Of a stretch of DNA of 24,102 nucleotides, positions 9,694-19,645 are shown one piece after another. The notes beneath the pieces are model-generated. The model had not been told where the DNA came from. It made no database searches and saw only the letters and a list, made by a program, of their open reading frames with translations. The first letter of the stretch is position 1, and each line of letters begins with the position of its first letter. Where the stretch lies: contig JBDRCO010000004.1 of NCBI GenBank assembly GCA_043821645.1, positions 1 to 24,102 of the forward strand, written 5' to 3'. This DNA is from Pseudomonadota bacterium (GTDB taxonomy: Bacteria > Myxococcota > JACRCW01 > JAFGSX01). Made by a program: the position numbers and the translations under genes.

Positions 9694-12186
9694 TCAGCGC
9701 GCGCTGTCCGTGCAGTTGCGGTAGTACAGCGGCGCCGTGCAGTAACCGCAGAGGTCCGGGCAGTTGCAGCTCCAGCGCACGGTCATGGTGTACTGCATGG
9801 CCAGGTCGAAGTCGTTTTGCCCGTTGTCCGTGATCTCGATGATCCACGGGTTGCCTTCGCCGCACAGAGGCGCCACCAGGCAGTTCCCGCCGTCGGGTCC
9901 AAAGGTCACGTTGGGCAGCGCGTGGCTATCGTCGTCACGGAAGCAGCGTTCGCGGATGCACAGGTAGCTGTCCGGGCAGTCGGTGTGGCTGGCGCACTCC
10001 TCCGGAGGCTGGCACAGGCCGGCGCCGCTGTTACCACTGGGATTGTGGCAGGGGACCTCGCTGGGGTCGCACTCGAACACGTTGTCACAGCAGTCATGCC
10101 AGTCGGTGCAGGGGCGGGTGGATACGGTGTTGGCCCTGTCCGCGTCGACGAAGGAAGCGTAGAGGCGGCCCTGGCTGCCCGTGAACACGAACACGGCGGG
10201 CTCGATGCCGGTCGACGAGGCGCCACTGCCTGTGACGTCGATGTTCACCTCGATGTCACCGGGGGGCAGATTGAACGAGTAGTAGTCCCGATCACCCTCG
10301 AAGCTGAGCTGGCCCGTGGCGGTGTAGCTGCCCGTGCCGGCACCGGAGCAGTCCAGGCTGGTGTAGGGGTTGGAGCCCACGGATCCGCCGTCGATGGTGC
10401 CATTGTTGTCCCAGGGCAAGCAGCTGCCCCCGTTGTGCTCGTCATACCGGCACACGTCACCACTGCCACCGTCGTACATGGCGCAGTTGAGGGACGGCTC
10501 GGTGCAGGCCGGGATCCCGCTGTAGCTCCCGATCTGCGGGATCGCGAAGTTGCTGGCGTTGCACGAACGGATGGCCCCGGCGCTCGACGAGTACCGGGCT
10601 TCCCGGTTGAGGGCTGGCGGCAGGTCATTGGGCTCCCGGGTGTCGGGATCGGGGACCAGGTTGAAGCGGATGGTGTAGGGCTGCTGGTCGTGAAACACCT
10701 GCCCCTGGAACAGGCTCACGCCGACGAGGATGGGCTGGGCCTTGCGCACCGCGACTCCTGCGCGGGCTTGAGCGGCGCGAGGCACCCGGTTGGCATCGGC
10801 ACCCTGCAGGATCAGGCGCGACCAGCGACTCTCGCCGCAGTAGCTCCCCGGCATACACACCGGGTTCTGCTCGCCGTGGGCATCCCGGCAGCGGTCGGTG
10901 GTGGCGTTGAAGTTGTCGCAGCGGGCAAACTGCGTGGCGTTGGCAGGGCTCTCGGTGCAGCCCGTGGTGACGCTCATCGTGCCGCCGGAGGCCACACTCA
11001 GGCGCGCGTCGTAGATCTCCAGGCTGACGCCGACGCGATCCGGGTCCACACTCTCGGGGACCACGCCGTCTGCGGGCATGTTGAGCTCGACCTCGAGCAC
11101 GTAGCGGCCGTCGGCGCCGTCGATGGTGTACCAGTCGACGTCACCGTAGGTGGCGAGGTAGCCGTTGAGCGTCTGGCCCGAGTTGACCGAGGTCGCCGTG
11201 CCCGGGGCATCATTGCGGCCCGCGGGTTCGGTGTCGTTGCCGGGGCCGGTGTCGACGGTCAGGGTCAGGTCGTAGCGGCCGGTGGTGGTGTCGAAGTTGA
11301 AGCGATCGCCGCTGACATCCTCGACCAGCACCGTGACGGCGCCGCTGTGCGAGAAGGTCTGGCTCAGCTCCGGTCGGGCGGAATTGGCCTCGAAGCGGGT
11401 CACGGCCACTGCGCCGACGAAATCGTAGCTCCCGTCTGGCTTGGGCACCAGCTGGGTGTCGAGCAGTGCCTGGCCCTGGTCGTTGGCGATGTACAGGTGT
11501 GGTTGCCAGCCCAGCTCCGCGCCTCCCTGGAAGCGCACCTTGAGACGCATGGGCATGGCCGAGGCGATGCACTGGTAGTAGTCGCGGTCACCGCGCGTGC
11601 CCAGGTAGGCGGCCACGGCCTGGCCCCCGCACCCTCCCGTGGTCGCGGTCTGCGCCGTGTCGTTGGGTTCGTTGCTGTCCGGCTGCGGGCTGAGCGCGAT
11701 CTCCAGGTGGTAGGGGTTGGTGGGATCGCCGTCGTCACCGCCCTCGTCGCTGACCTCGATGATGTAGGTGGTGCTGGGCGAGACACCGAAGGCGCCGCGA
11801 ATGTCGGTGACGGCACCGGTGCCATTGGGATTGCTGAAGGCCATGGGGGTCGGCGTGCCGCTGGCGTCGAGCAGGGCCGCGCGCAGATCCACGCTGGTGA
11901 AGCCCGTGTCGTTGTAAAGATGCACCTCGAGGATGCCGTCGCTTGGCCCCGTGGTCACGCGGTAGTAGTCCTTGTCGTCGAAGCCCTGCGGACAGATCGT
12001 GCCGTCGACGATCTGGTCCGGCGTGATGTCCTGGGCGCTCTCGGCGTTGTACAGCGCGTCGATGACGCAGTCGACGTCGACATTGGTCGCGTCTTTCTTG
12101 GTGGTGACCTGGGTGTTGCAGTCCTCGCAACCCACGGCGAGGGCGAGGCCGAGCACCGAGAACGACAGGACTGCGCGCATCCTCAT
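9694..12186 (-). CDS. Large Cys-rich lipoprotein with repeated PPC-like domains (MtsF-like by position)
   Basis: ATG 12186 after AAGGAG. Lipobox LAVGC. Repeated EP-N-D...G-x-L...DxD[WY]Y units (DKDYY, DRDYY, DVDWY, DRDYY) and a Cys-rich C-terminal half. Lies directly downstream of the two vWA genes. Confidence 0.75.
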   Translation of the reverse strand: MRMRAVLSFSVLGLALAVGCEDCNTQVTTKKDATNVDVDCVIDALYNAESAQDITPDQIVDGTICPQGFDDKDYYRVTTGPSDGILEVHLYNDTGFTSVDLRAALLDASGTPTPMAFSNPNGTGAVTDIRGAFGVSPSTTYIIEVSDEGGDDGDPTNPYHLEIALSPQPDSNEPNDTAQTATTGGCGGQAVAAYLGTRGDRDYYQCIASAMPMRLKVRFQGGAELGWQPHLYIANDQGQALLDTQLVPKPDGSYDFVGAVAVTRFEANSARPELSQTFSHSGAVTVLVEDVSGDRFNFDTTTGRYDLTLTVDTGPGNDTEPAGRNDAPGTATSVNSGQTLNGYLATYGDVDWYTIDGADGRYVLEVELNMPADGVVPESVDPDRVGVSLEIYDARLSVASGGTMSVTTGCTESPANATQFARCDNFNATTDRCRDAHGEQNPVCMPGSYCGESRWSRLILQGADANRVPRAAQARAGVAVRKAQPILVGVSLFQGQVFHDQQPYTIRFNLVPDPDTREPNDLPPALNREARYSSSAGAIRSCNASNFAIPQIGSYSGIPACTEPSLNCAMYDGGSGDVCRYDEHNGGSCLPWDNNGTIDGGSVGSNPYTSLDCSGAGTGSYTATGQLSFEGDRDYYSFNLPPGDIEVNIDVTGSGASSTGIEPAVFVFTGSQGRLYASFVDADRANTVSTRPCTDWHDCCDNVFECDPSEVPCHNPSGNSGAGLCQPPEECASHTDCPDSYLCIRERCFRDDDSHALPNVTFGPDGGNCLVAPLCGEGNPWIIEITDNGQNDFDLAMQYTMTVRWSCNCPDLCGYCTAPLYYRNCTDSAR

Positions 12187-12229
12187 GTCAGGCTCCTTTG
12201 AAGGGACCACATCCCCCGGAGAGGATCGG

Positions 12230-13969
12230 TCAGGGCATCACACAGTGCAAGGTGGTGTCGGTGGCGCCGGGCACCCACAGGGCATCGGCCGGGATCTCCA
12301 GCTCGCCGGAGGCCGGTAGCTTGAACCGCCGGTCCTCGATGAACTGGGCCCGGGCGCAGCCCTGCTTGAACAGGGCGATCTCGTCAGGCTCGTCCAGCGG
12401 GACCTCGGTGACGTAGACGCCGATCTCGTTCCAGCCACGCTCCGCGCCCGGCGGCGCGTCGGTGGTGACCAGCCGGATGTTCTCGACCTCGTAGTGGTAG
12501 CACAGCTGGTTGCCCTTCATGCCGGTCTGCACCACGCGGTAGCGATAGCCCTCCTCGCTGAGGTGGGCGCTGTCATTGGTATGGGGATCCGAGTGCCAGC
12601 GGATCTCGTCGCCATTGGGTGCGCCGTCGAAGTCCACGTCGCTGAGCAGGTCGTCGAGGGTCAGGTAGGTGTCGTTGCGGTGCTCCAGGATGTCCGGGAC
12701 GCCGTCGAAGTCGGAATCGTACTTCTTGCTGAAGCTGCCAATGACGCGCTCCTCGCAGTTGCGCAGGCCGTCGATATCGTCGTCGGCGCGGTCGACTTCC
12801 AGGTCGCAGGCGGCATCTGCCGGATCGATGGGGTCGCGCCCCGAGTTGCGCAGCTGATACTCGAGCAGATCGTTGAACCCGTCACCGTCGGTGTCGAGAG
12901 AGAAAGGATCCGATCCCTGCAGGCGCTCACTCACGTCGTCGAGTCCGTCCCCATCCGAGTCGATGATGAAGGCACTCGACCAGGGTTTGGCACTCTTGTT
13001 GGTGATGATCAGGTTGTGCAACTTGAACTGGCGCTTGTAGCTCGATGTGTCGATGTGCAGGAAGTTGATGTCCTCCCCGTTCTCGAAGTCCCGGAAGGTG
13101 CCGTTGCCCACCTCGGCCACGTAGCGCATGAACAGGCGCGCCGCGGTGCGAACCTGCAGATCCGTGATGCCCGCCGACAGCAGCAGGGTGTGGAACTCGA
13201 GGGAGCGGATGCGGTGGATGCGCTTGAGGTTCATGATCTGCTTGAGCTGTTCGTACAGCGAGCAGTGCAGCGAGGGCGGCGGATCGAAGCGGCCGTAGCG
13301 CTCGAGGCAGGTCTGGGAGTTGGCGGCGCACTGGTCCGAGCCGTAGGGACACCACACGTCGAGATTGCCGACCTCGAGCCCGCCCAGGCCATCGGAGAAA
13401 AAGATGACCACGTAGCGGGCATTGCCCGCGGCGTCCTCGTCGATCTGGCGCAGGCGCTCCATGTCGTCGAACAGCACGCGGTAGACCACGCTCAGGGTGG
13501 CGGCGTAGTTGGTGTTGCCGCCGGACACCGAGCCCGAGGCCGACGCGATACCTCCGAGGATGGTGGTCTCGTCGTCGGTAAAACCCTCGACGCAGTTGGT
13601 TCCGGGCGGCGCGTAGTCGTCGCAACGCTGGGTCATCACCCGGGTCGCGGCGCCGAAGGCGATGACAGCGACCTCGACGCCACGGCGGCCCTGGATCGAC
13701 TCCTCGAAGGCATCCACCATGGCCTGCAGGCGCTGGGTCTCGCCGTTGACGTCCGGGGGATCCACGGCGTTGAGCGAACCCGACTGGTCGACCACGAACA
13801 GCACCTTGACCGGGTAGTTCAGGGTGTCCGGGTCGGTGGTGCAGAAGTCCCCCTTCACCTGCAACCTGTTGTCGAGCTTGCCCGGGTCCGGCGGCGGCAC
13901 GGGCACCAGCCCCTCCTGGGTACAGGTGGTGAGCAGCACCAGCCCCGTCATCAGCAGCATCATCCGCAT
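12230..13969 (-). CDS. vWA domain + bacterial TSP3 Ca-binding repeat lipoprotein (MtsE-like)
   Basis: Signal ends LLTTC. MIDAS motif in YPVKVLFVVDQSGS, plus TNY and VIFFSDG. Repeats DSDGDGLDD, DTDGDGFND, DSDFDGVPD and DVDFDGAPN. Paralogous to 14007-16121. Confidence 0.85.
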   Translation of the reverse strand: MRMMLLMTGLVLLTTCTQEGLVPVPPPDPGKLDNRLQVKGDFCTTDPDTLNYPVKVLFVVDQSGSLNAVDPPDVNGETQRLQAMVDAFEESIQGRRGVEVAVIAFGAATRVMTQRCDDYAPPGTNCVEGFTDDETTILGGIASASGSVSGGNTNYAATLSVVYRVLFDDMERLRQIDEDAAGNARYVVIFFSDGLGGLEVGNLDVWCPYGSDQCAANSQTCLERYGRFDPPPSLHCSLYEQLKQIMNLKRIHRIRSLEFHTLLLSAGITDLQVRTAARLFMRYVAEVGNGTFRDFENGEDINFLHIDTSSYKRQFKLHNLIITNKSAKPWSSAFIIDSDGDGLDDVSERLQGSDPFSLDTDGDGFNDLLEYQLRNSGRDPIDPADAACDLEVDRADDDIDGLRNCEERVIGSFSKKYDSDFDGVPDILEHRNDTYLTLDDLLSDVDFDGAPNGDEIRWHSDPHTNDSAHLSEEGYRYRVVQTGMKGNQLCYHYEVENIRLVTTDAPPGAERGWNEIGVYVTEVPLDEPDEIALFKQGCARAQFIEDRRFKLPASGELEIPADALWVPGATDTTLHCVMP

Positions 13970-14006
13970 GTCGCGAACCTCACCTTCTCAGGCCCACGTC
14001 CCGTCC

Positions 14007-16121
14007 TCACGGTACCGCACACACCCGCGACGGCAGACACTGCAAGCCGGCCGGGCAGTCGTCGTTGGACACGCAGGGCGGGAAGATGCCCCGGCAGTCC
14101 TTGCCGTCCATCACAGGTGGGATGAAGTTCCCCATCACGTCGTATCCGCCGTCGACCAGGTCCACCAGATCGTAGTCGGTGAACGGCGGTGTCAGCACCC
14201 CATTGGCAGGCTCCCGGAAGTCGGGTGCCACGTAGCGCGCCAGGTAGCAGGCCCCGCGCACCCTGGTCTCTCCCAGGGCGTCGTCGCTGGGCGACTCGAC
14301 CTCGTACACCTGGATCTGGTTGTAGCCGGGCAGGTCGATGTGTTGCGGCGCCGCGGGATCGTTGGGGATGCGGAAGTATCCCAGGGGCGTCTCCAGGGTG
14401 ATGTGGCGCATGCGCAGGTCAAAGCAGCCTCGCTGGTCCAGGGTCTCCAGGGTCTGCTCCAGGGTGTAGCGGAACGCCGGTGCGCGCCTCGCCACCGGAT
14501 CGTCCTCGCGCGGGTTCAGGTTGCGCAGCACCTCCTCGATGTTGCTGATGCCGTCGAAGTCCGCGTCGCCCTCGGCGTCCTGCACGCGCGGATCCAGGCC
14601 AAAGCGCAGCTCGAGCCCATCGGGGATGGTGTCGTGATCGCTGTCCGCCTCCAGCGGGTTGGTGCCGATCATGTCCTCCTCGCAGTCGCGGAGCATGTCG
14701 TTGTCGCTGTCCACGCTCTGGCCGAGATCGTCGGTGGGCGATAGCGAGGTGCCCGGGAAGCCGGACTGCGGGTCCATGCCGGGGGTCAGGGGAGGATTGT
14801 TGAAGGACATGCAGGGTGTGTAGGGGTGCAGGGCCTCGAGGGGATTCATGCCGAACTCGGCGTAGCGCACCTCGAGCAGGTCGGTGTAGCCGTCGCCATC
14901 GGTGTCGCGCAGCAGGGGATCGATGCCCAGCTCGTATTCCTCGTCGTCACTCAGGCCGTCACCGTCGGAGTCCAGGACCAGGCCTTCGGCGGTCGGTACC
15001 AGGTTGCGGTTGGTCACGAACACGCGGCGCATCTTGTTGGTGCGCTTGAGGGCGGTGAAGTCGAACTGCAAGAAGTCGATCTCCTCGGCAGAGCGCGCCT
15101 CGCGGTACTCGCCTCCGCCGCGTTCGGCCATCATGCGCATGAGCCGGGACTGGCGACAGTAGTTGGTGCCCACGATGGCCTGGATGCCCGCGGGCAGGGC
15201 GGCGTTCCACAGCATGATCGAGTGAAACTGGAACGCGCCCACGTCGAGCCCCTCGGTCAGCTCCACCATGTCGTCGAGCAGGTTGAGGATCTGGAACTCG
15301 CGGTTGTAGTTCTGCTCGGTGTTGAGGTCGGGGAACTGGTTTTGGAACCGGGCCGGGAAGCTCACCTGGAGTTCTGCCAGGTTGTTGCAGATGTTGAACT
15401 CCCACTGGCCTTCACAGACACGGCTGAGCTGCATGCCGATGTTGAGATCGGCCACCGTGGGCGGGTTGCACTGCGACGTCCCTGGCCCACCGCCAGCGGG
15501 ATAGACCTCGCCGAAGCTGCAGTCCATGGAGACGTCCGGGGTCGGCTTCTGCGCGGACTCGTCCTCGCAGATGCAGCACACGGGCGAGGGCTGGCCGTCG
15601 GAGAAGAACAGCACCACGTACTTGGTGTTGCGCGCCTCGGGACCCTGGGCGTCGATGCTGATCAGTTCAAAGGCCGAGCTCAGGGCGGCCTGGTAGTCGG
15701 TGAGCACCTCGGCCACCTGCAGCTGCGCGTCCAGGTTGACGGACTGGACCAGGCGGGCCGCGTCCCAGAACTCGCTGGCCTCGGGGAATTCCTTGACGAA
15801 GGTGTTGAACAGGATCAGGTGGAACATCACCGTGTCGTTGCCCACGTAGCGATTGAGCAGCTCGGTCACGGCGCGCACCCGGATCGCGCCTTCGTCGGTG
15901 AACTGCAGCGAGCCCGAGCCGTCGAGGATGAGCAGGATCTTGACCGGAAAGCGCTCTTCTTGCGGCTTGGCCGTGCAGAAGCTGCCCGCCAGCTCGACCT
16001 TGTTGTCCACCACCTTGGTCGTGACGAGGTCTGCGGGCTGGATCTCGCCCTTGGAGCAGGCCCCGAGCAGCGCCAGGGATGCGGCCAGGACCAGCAGCTG
16101 GCTATGGCGTGTCGTTGTCAT
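14007..16121 (-). CDS. mtsD: vWA domain + bacterial TSP3 repeat lipoprotein (MtsD-like cohesion protein)
   Basis: ATG 16121 after GAGGT. Lipobox LLGAC. MIDAS motif in FPVKILLILDGSGS, plus TDY and LFFSDG. DSDGDGLSDDEE-type repeats. The symbol rests on recalled resemblance and synteny with Myxococcus mtsC-D-E-F. Confidence 0.8.
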   Translation of the reverse strand: MTTTRHSQLLVLAASLALLGACSKGEIQPADLVTTKVVDNKVELAGSFCTAKPQEERFPVKILLILDGSGSLQFTDEGAIRVRAVTELLNRYVGNDTVMFHLILFNTFVKEFPEASEFWDAARLVQSVNLDAQLQVAEVLTDYQAALSSAFELISIDAQGPEARNTKYVVLFFSDGQPSPVCCICEDESAQKPTPDVSMDCSFGEVYPAGGGPGTSQCNPPTVADLNIGMQLSRVCEGQWEFNICNNLAELQVSFPARFQNQFPDLNTEQNYNREFQILNLLDDMVELTEGLDVGAFQFHSIMLWNAALPAGIQAIVGTNYCRQSRLMRMMAERGGGEYREARSAEEIDFLQFDFTALKRTNKMRRVFVTNRNLVPTAEGLVLDSDGDGLSDDEEYELGIDPLLRDTDGDGYTDLLEVRYAEFGMNPLEALHPYTPCMSFNNPPLTPGMDPQSGFPGTSLSPTDDLGQSVDSDNDMLRDCEEDMIGTNPLEADSDHDTIPDGLELRFGLDPRVQDAEGDADFDGISNIEEVLRNLNPREDDPVARRAPAFRYTLEQTLETLDQRGCFDLRMRHITLETPLGYFRIPNDPAAPQHIDLPGYNQIQVYEVESPSDDALGETRVRGACYLARYVAPDFREPANGVLTPPFTDYDLVDLVDGGYDVMGNFIPPVMDGKDCRGIFPPCVSNDDCPAGLQCLPSRVCAVP

Positions 16122-16194
16122 AAGCACCTCGTTGCCACATGTGAACGGCGCAGCAGGCTCCCTGGGGAGCGAAGACCACGCCGGACAAGTCTAC

Positions 16195-16211
16195 TGCGAA
16201 AAGCGATCCAG
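16195..16211 (-). promoter_or_regulatory. sigma54 -24/-12 promoter for the mtsD-E-F-like operon
   Basis: Minus strand CTGGATCGCTTTTCGCA has GG-N10-GC spacing, about 75 nt upstream of the start codon. Confidence 0.7.
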
Positions 16212-16235
16212 GTCGTGCACCTCACTCATGATAAC

Positions 16236-16255
16236 TGCAAGACACAGGTCTTGCA
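16236..16255. promoter_or_regulatory. Perfect inverted repeat, candidate operator
   Basis: TGCAAGAC-ACAG-GTCTTGCA. A second inverted repeat, GACCTCG-TT-CGAGGTC, follows at 16259-16274. Confidence 0.5.
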
Positions 16256-16310
16256 CGAGACCTCGTTCGAGGTCCCGGCGAGAGGTCGCGGCAGGGGGCG
16301 TGTGATGCAC

Positions 16311-16342
16311 AAAAAGCGACGCCCCCTTGAGGGGGGCGTCGC
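16311..16342 (-). terminator. Rho-independent terminator after mtsC-like copy 1
   Basis: Minus-strand RNA GCGACGCCCCC-CUCAA-GGGGGCGUCGC-UUUUU. Confidence 0.88.
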
Positions 16343-16384
16343 AACAGAGGTTCAGAGTCTATCCAGCAGGTGCTGGCGGAGAAG

Positions 16385-17668
16385 CTAGCGGCGGCGGCGG
16401 ATGCCGAGCAGGGCCAGGCCGGCCAGGACGAGCAGGCTCGCCGAGCCGCTGGTCATGGCGCTGCAACCCAGGGCAGCACCCTCGACCACGATCTTCATGG
16501 TCTGCTTGTCGCTCTGCAGGCCCGGGTACAGGTCGTCGTCGAAGACCAGGTTGGTCTGCAGCTCGATCTGGTACTCACCGGGGGTGCGGGCCACGAACAC
16601 GGACTCGCGGTCACGCTGGTAGTGGAACTCCCAGGGCGAGGAGGTGTTGACGGTGCCGGCCGGGTTCTCGACGTCGAAGCTGGAGCCGGCGGGGGACGCG
16701 GTCACCTTCCAGGCGTACTGGGTCGGGGCATTGGGGCGGTTGGTGAAGACGCGCAGGCGGATGCGCTCGCCGGTGACGACGCCAAGGTCCGGACCAGGGC
16801 GGCCCTGGAAGCGGCCCGTCGGGTTGAGGCAGCGACCCTGGTCGGGGCTGTCCACCACGAAGCAGAAGCTCGAGTCGCAGCTGTCGCCGAAGCCGTCACG
16901 GTCAGCGTTGAGCTGGTTGCTGTTGGGGGTCAGGCGGCAGTTGTCCAGCAGGTTGGGCACACCGTCGTTGTCGAGGTCGGCGTCGCAGGCGTCGCCCAGT
17001 CCGTCCATGTCGTTGTCGTTGTTGTCCTCGGAGGCGACGAAGGGGCACAGGTCCAGGCTGTCCGGCAGGCCGTCGTCGTCGGCGTCACGGTCGCACAGGT
17101 CGTTGTTGGGATCGGTCACGCCAGCCAGCAGCGGGCAGGGGTCGCTGACATCGGGCAGGCCGTCGTTGTCGTCGTCGTCGTCGCAGACGTTGCCGCGACC
17201 GTCGAGGTCGTTGTCGTCAAAGGCGGGATCCTGGACCGGGTTGGGGACCAGGGAGCAGCTGTCGATGTTGTTGGGGACGCCGTCGTTGTCCGCGTCGTCG
17301 TCACAGGCGTTGCCCAGCATGTCGCCGTCAGCATCGAACTGTTCGGGGTTGGCATGGCCAGCGCAGTTGTCACAGGCATCGCCGAAGCCGTCGCCGTCCG
17401 CGTCCGCCTGATCCGGATTCACGGCGAACGGGCAGTTATCGAAGTCGTCCTCCCAGCCGTCGATGTCGAAGTCATCGGCGTACTGGTAGGTGTCGCCCAT
17501 ATCGGTGTTGTTGATCAGGATGGAACCGCCGCCGCAACCGCAGCCGCCGCCACCGCTCTCATACGGAGTACCGCACGCGCCGCCGCCGCACTCGGCCTGC
17601 GCCTGGGCATTGACGCTGACGAACAGCCCCAGTGCCGCGAAAGCAAATCCTGCAAAAAACTTCTTCAT
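16385..17668 (-). CDS. mtsC: TSP type-3 repeat MYXO-CTERM surface protein, MtsC-like copy 1
   Basis: Signal peptide, then ECGGGACGTP...CGCGGGSILINNTD, many DxDxDGxGDACD/DNCP repeats and a PKD-like beta domain. The C-terminus GCS-hydrophobic-RRRR fits MYXO-CTERM. The symbol is from recalled similarity. Confidence 0.85.
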   Translation of the reverse strand: MKKFFAGFAFAALGLFVSVNAQAQAECGGGACGTPYESGGGGCGCGGGSILINNTDMGDTYQYADDFDIDGWEDDFDNCPFAVNPDQADADGDGFGDACDNCAGHANPEQFDADGDMLGNACDDDADNDGVPNNIDSCSLVPNPVQDPAFDDNDLDGRGNVCDDDDDNDGLPDVSDPCPLLAGVTDPNNDLCDRDADDDGLPDSLDLCPFVASEDNNDNDMDGLGDACDADLDNDGVPNLLDNCRLTPNSNQLNADRDGFGDSCDSSFCFVVDSPDQGRCLNPTGRFQGRPGPDLGVVTGERIRLRVFTNRPNAPTQYAWKVTASPAGSSFDVENPAGTVNTSSPWEFHYQRDRESVFVARTPGEYQIELQTNLVFDDDLYPGLQSDKQTMKIVVEGAALGCSAMTSGSASLLVLAGLALLGIRRRR

Positions 17669-17758
17669 AATCCTCTCCTCCTCTTTCGAACCCTGGTTTT
17701 CTCTCTACTCTGTGCGCGGCCCGGTCTCTCTATACGGGAACGCGCAAGACGAAGTCAT

Positions 17759-17775
17759 TGCGAGAACCGATCCAG
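17759..17775 (-). promoter_or_regulatory. sigma54 promoter of mtsC-like copy 1
   Basis: Minus strand CTGGATCGGTTCTCGCA (GG-N10-GC). Confidence 0.75.
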
Positions 17776-17861
17776 ATCGGTGGCACTGTACAAGAAACTT
17801 TTATTTACGGGAAGTTAGGCAATTTCCAGAGACCTCAAGTAAGAGCCAGGCCTACACCGGG

Positions 17862-17965
17862 TGGTGACTGGAGTCCACAGAAGTGTGGAGTCTGGACCTC
17901 GAGCAAGCGTGCGATCTGTGGAGTCGAGACACCAGGGGAGTCCAGAGTGGGGACTGCAGTCGCCA
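17862..17965. repeat. Array of four 18-bp imperfect palindromes, candidate enhancer boxes
   Basis: TGGTGACTGGAGTCCACA (17862), TGTGGAGTCTGGACCTCG (17884), TGTGGAGTCGAGACACCA (17917) and TGGGGACTGCAGTCGCCA (17948). Confidence 0.7.
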
Positions 17966-17970
17966 TATAG

Positions 17971-17997
17971 AAAACGAGGGCCCGATGGGGCCCCCGT
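17971..17997 (-). terminator. Rho-independent terminator after mtsC-like copy 2
   Basis: Minus-strand RNA ACGGGGGCCC-CAUC-GGGCCCUCGU-UUU, with one G-U pair. Confidence 0.7.
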
Positions 17998-18029
17998 GTA
18001 GAGGTTAAACGATATGTTGGAGGGTGCTG

Positions 18030-19316
<1,287 letters not shown>

Positions 19317-19375
19317 CTGCTCCTCCTACACTCTGTGACCCCGTCGGCGGGGGTAATGACTCTGCAACACCTCAT

Positions 19376-19392
19376 CGCAAGAACTGATCCAG
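19376..19392 (-). promoter_or_regulatory. sigma54 promoter of mtsC-like copy 2
   Basis: Minus strand CTGGATCAGTTCTTGCG (GG-N10-GC). Matches the copy-1 promoter at 18 of 21 nt over the extended element. Confidence 0.75.
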
Positions 19393-19453
19393 CGCGCTGT
19401 AACCGGGGCAAGCCCTGGAGATCAGACGACGATGCTCCGCAGACCGATGCTGG

Positions 19454-19536
19454 TGTCGGCACTGGACGACAACCGTGGGGACTCGCCCCCCCAGATTTCT
19501 TCCATCTCAGTGGTGCGAGGAGGACTCGAGTCCCCA
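19454..19536. repeat. Candidate enhancer boxes between mtsC-like copy 2 and the glycosyltransferase
   Basis: TGTCGGCACTGGACGACA (19454, weak), TGGGGACTCGCCCCCCCA (19476) and GGAGGACTCGAGTCCCCA (19519). Confidence 0.6.
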
Positions 19537-19645
19537 TCTTCGTATCCTGTCGGTCTGCAAAGCAGGCAGGTCCGTCACCATTCTGCAAAACTGGTGGCAA
19601 CCAACGGGTCTGCGTTCGCGGGTTCGACATGGTATCGATGAGCCC

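Noticed and set aside
9421-12201. 926-aa plus-strand ORF and other long antisense ORFs (e.g. 12494-14125, 14826-16388, 16370-17818, 18024-19817, 21178-22338, 5958-7226, 7192-8886, 22593-23537)
   Set aside because: These are shadows of real genes on the opposite strand. They lack motifs and are expected from high-GC codon bias.
17781-17796. Plus-strand TGGCAC as another sigma54 promoter
   Set aside because: There is no GC at the -12 position (GG-N10-GA) and no downstream plus-strand gene.
17862-17965. Possible mini-CRISPR array
   Set aside because: The repeats are short and degenerate with 4-15 nt gaps, and no cas genes are present. Protein-binding boxes explain them better.
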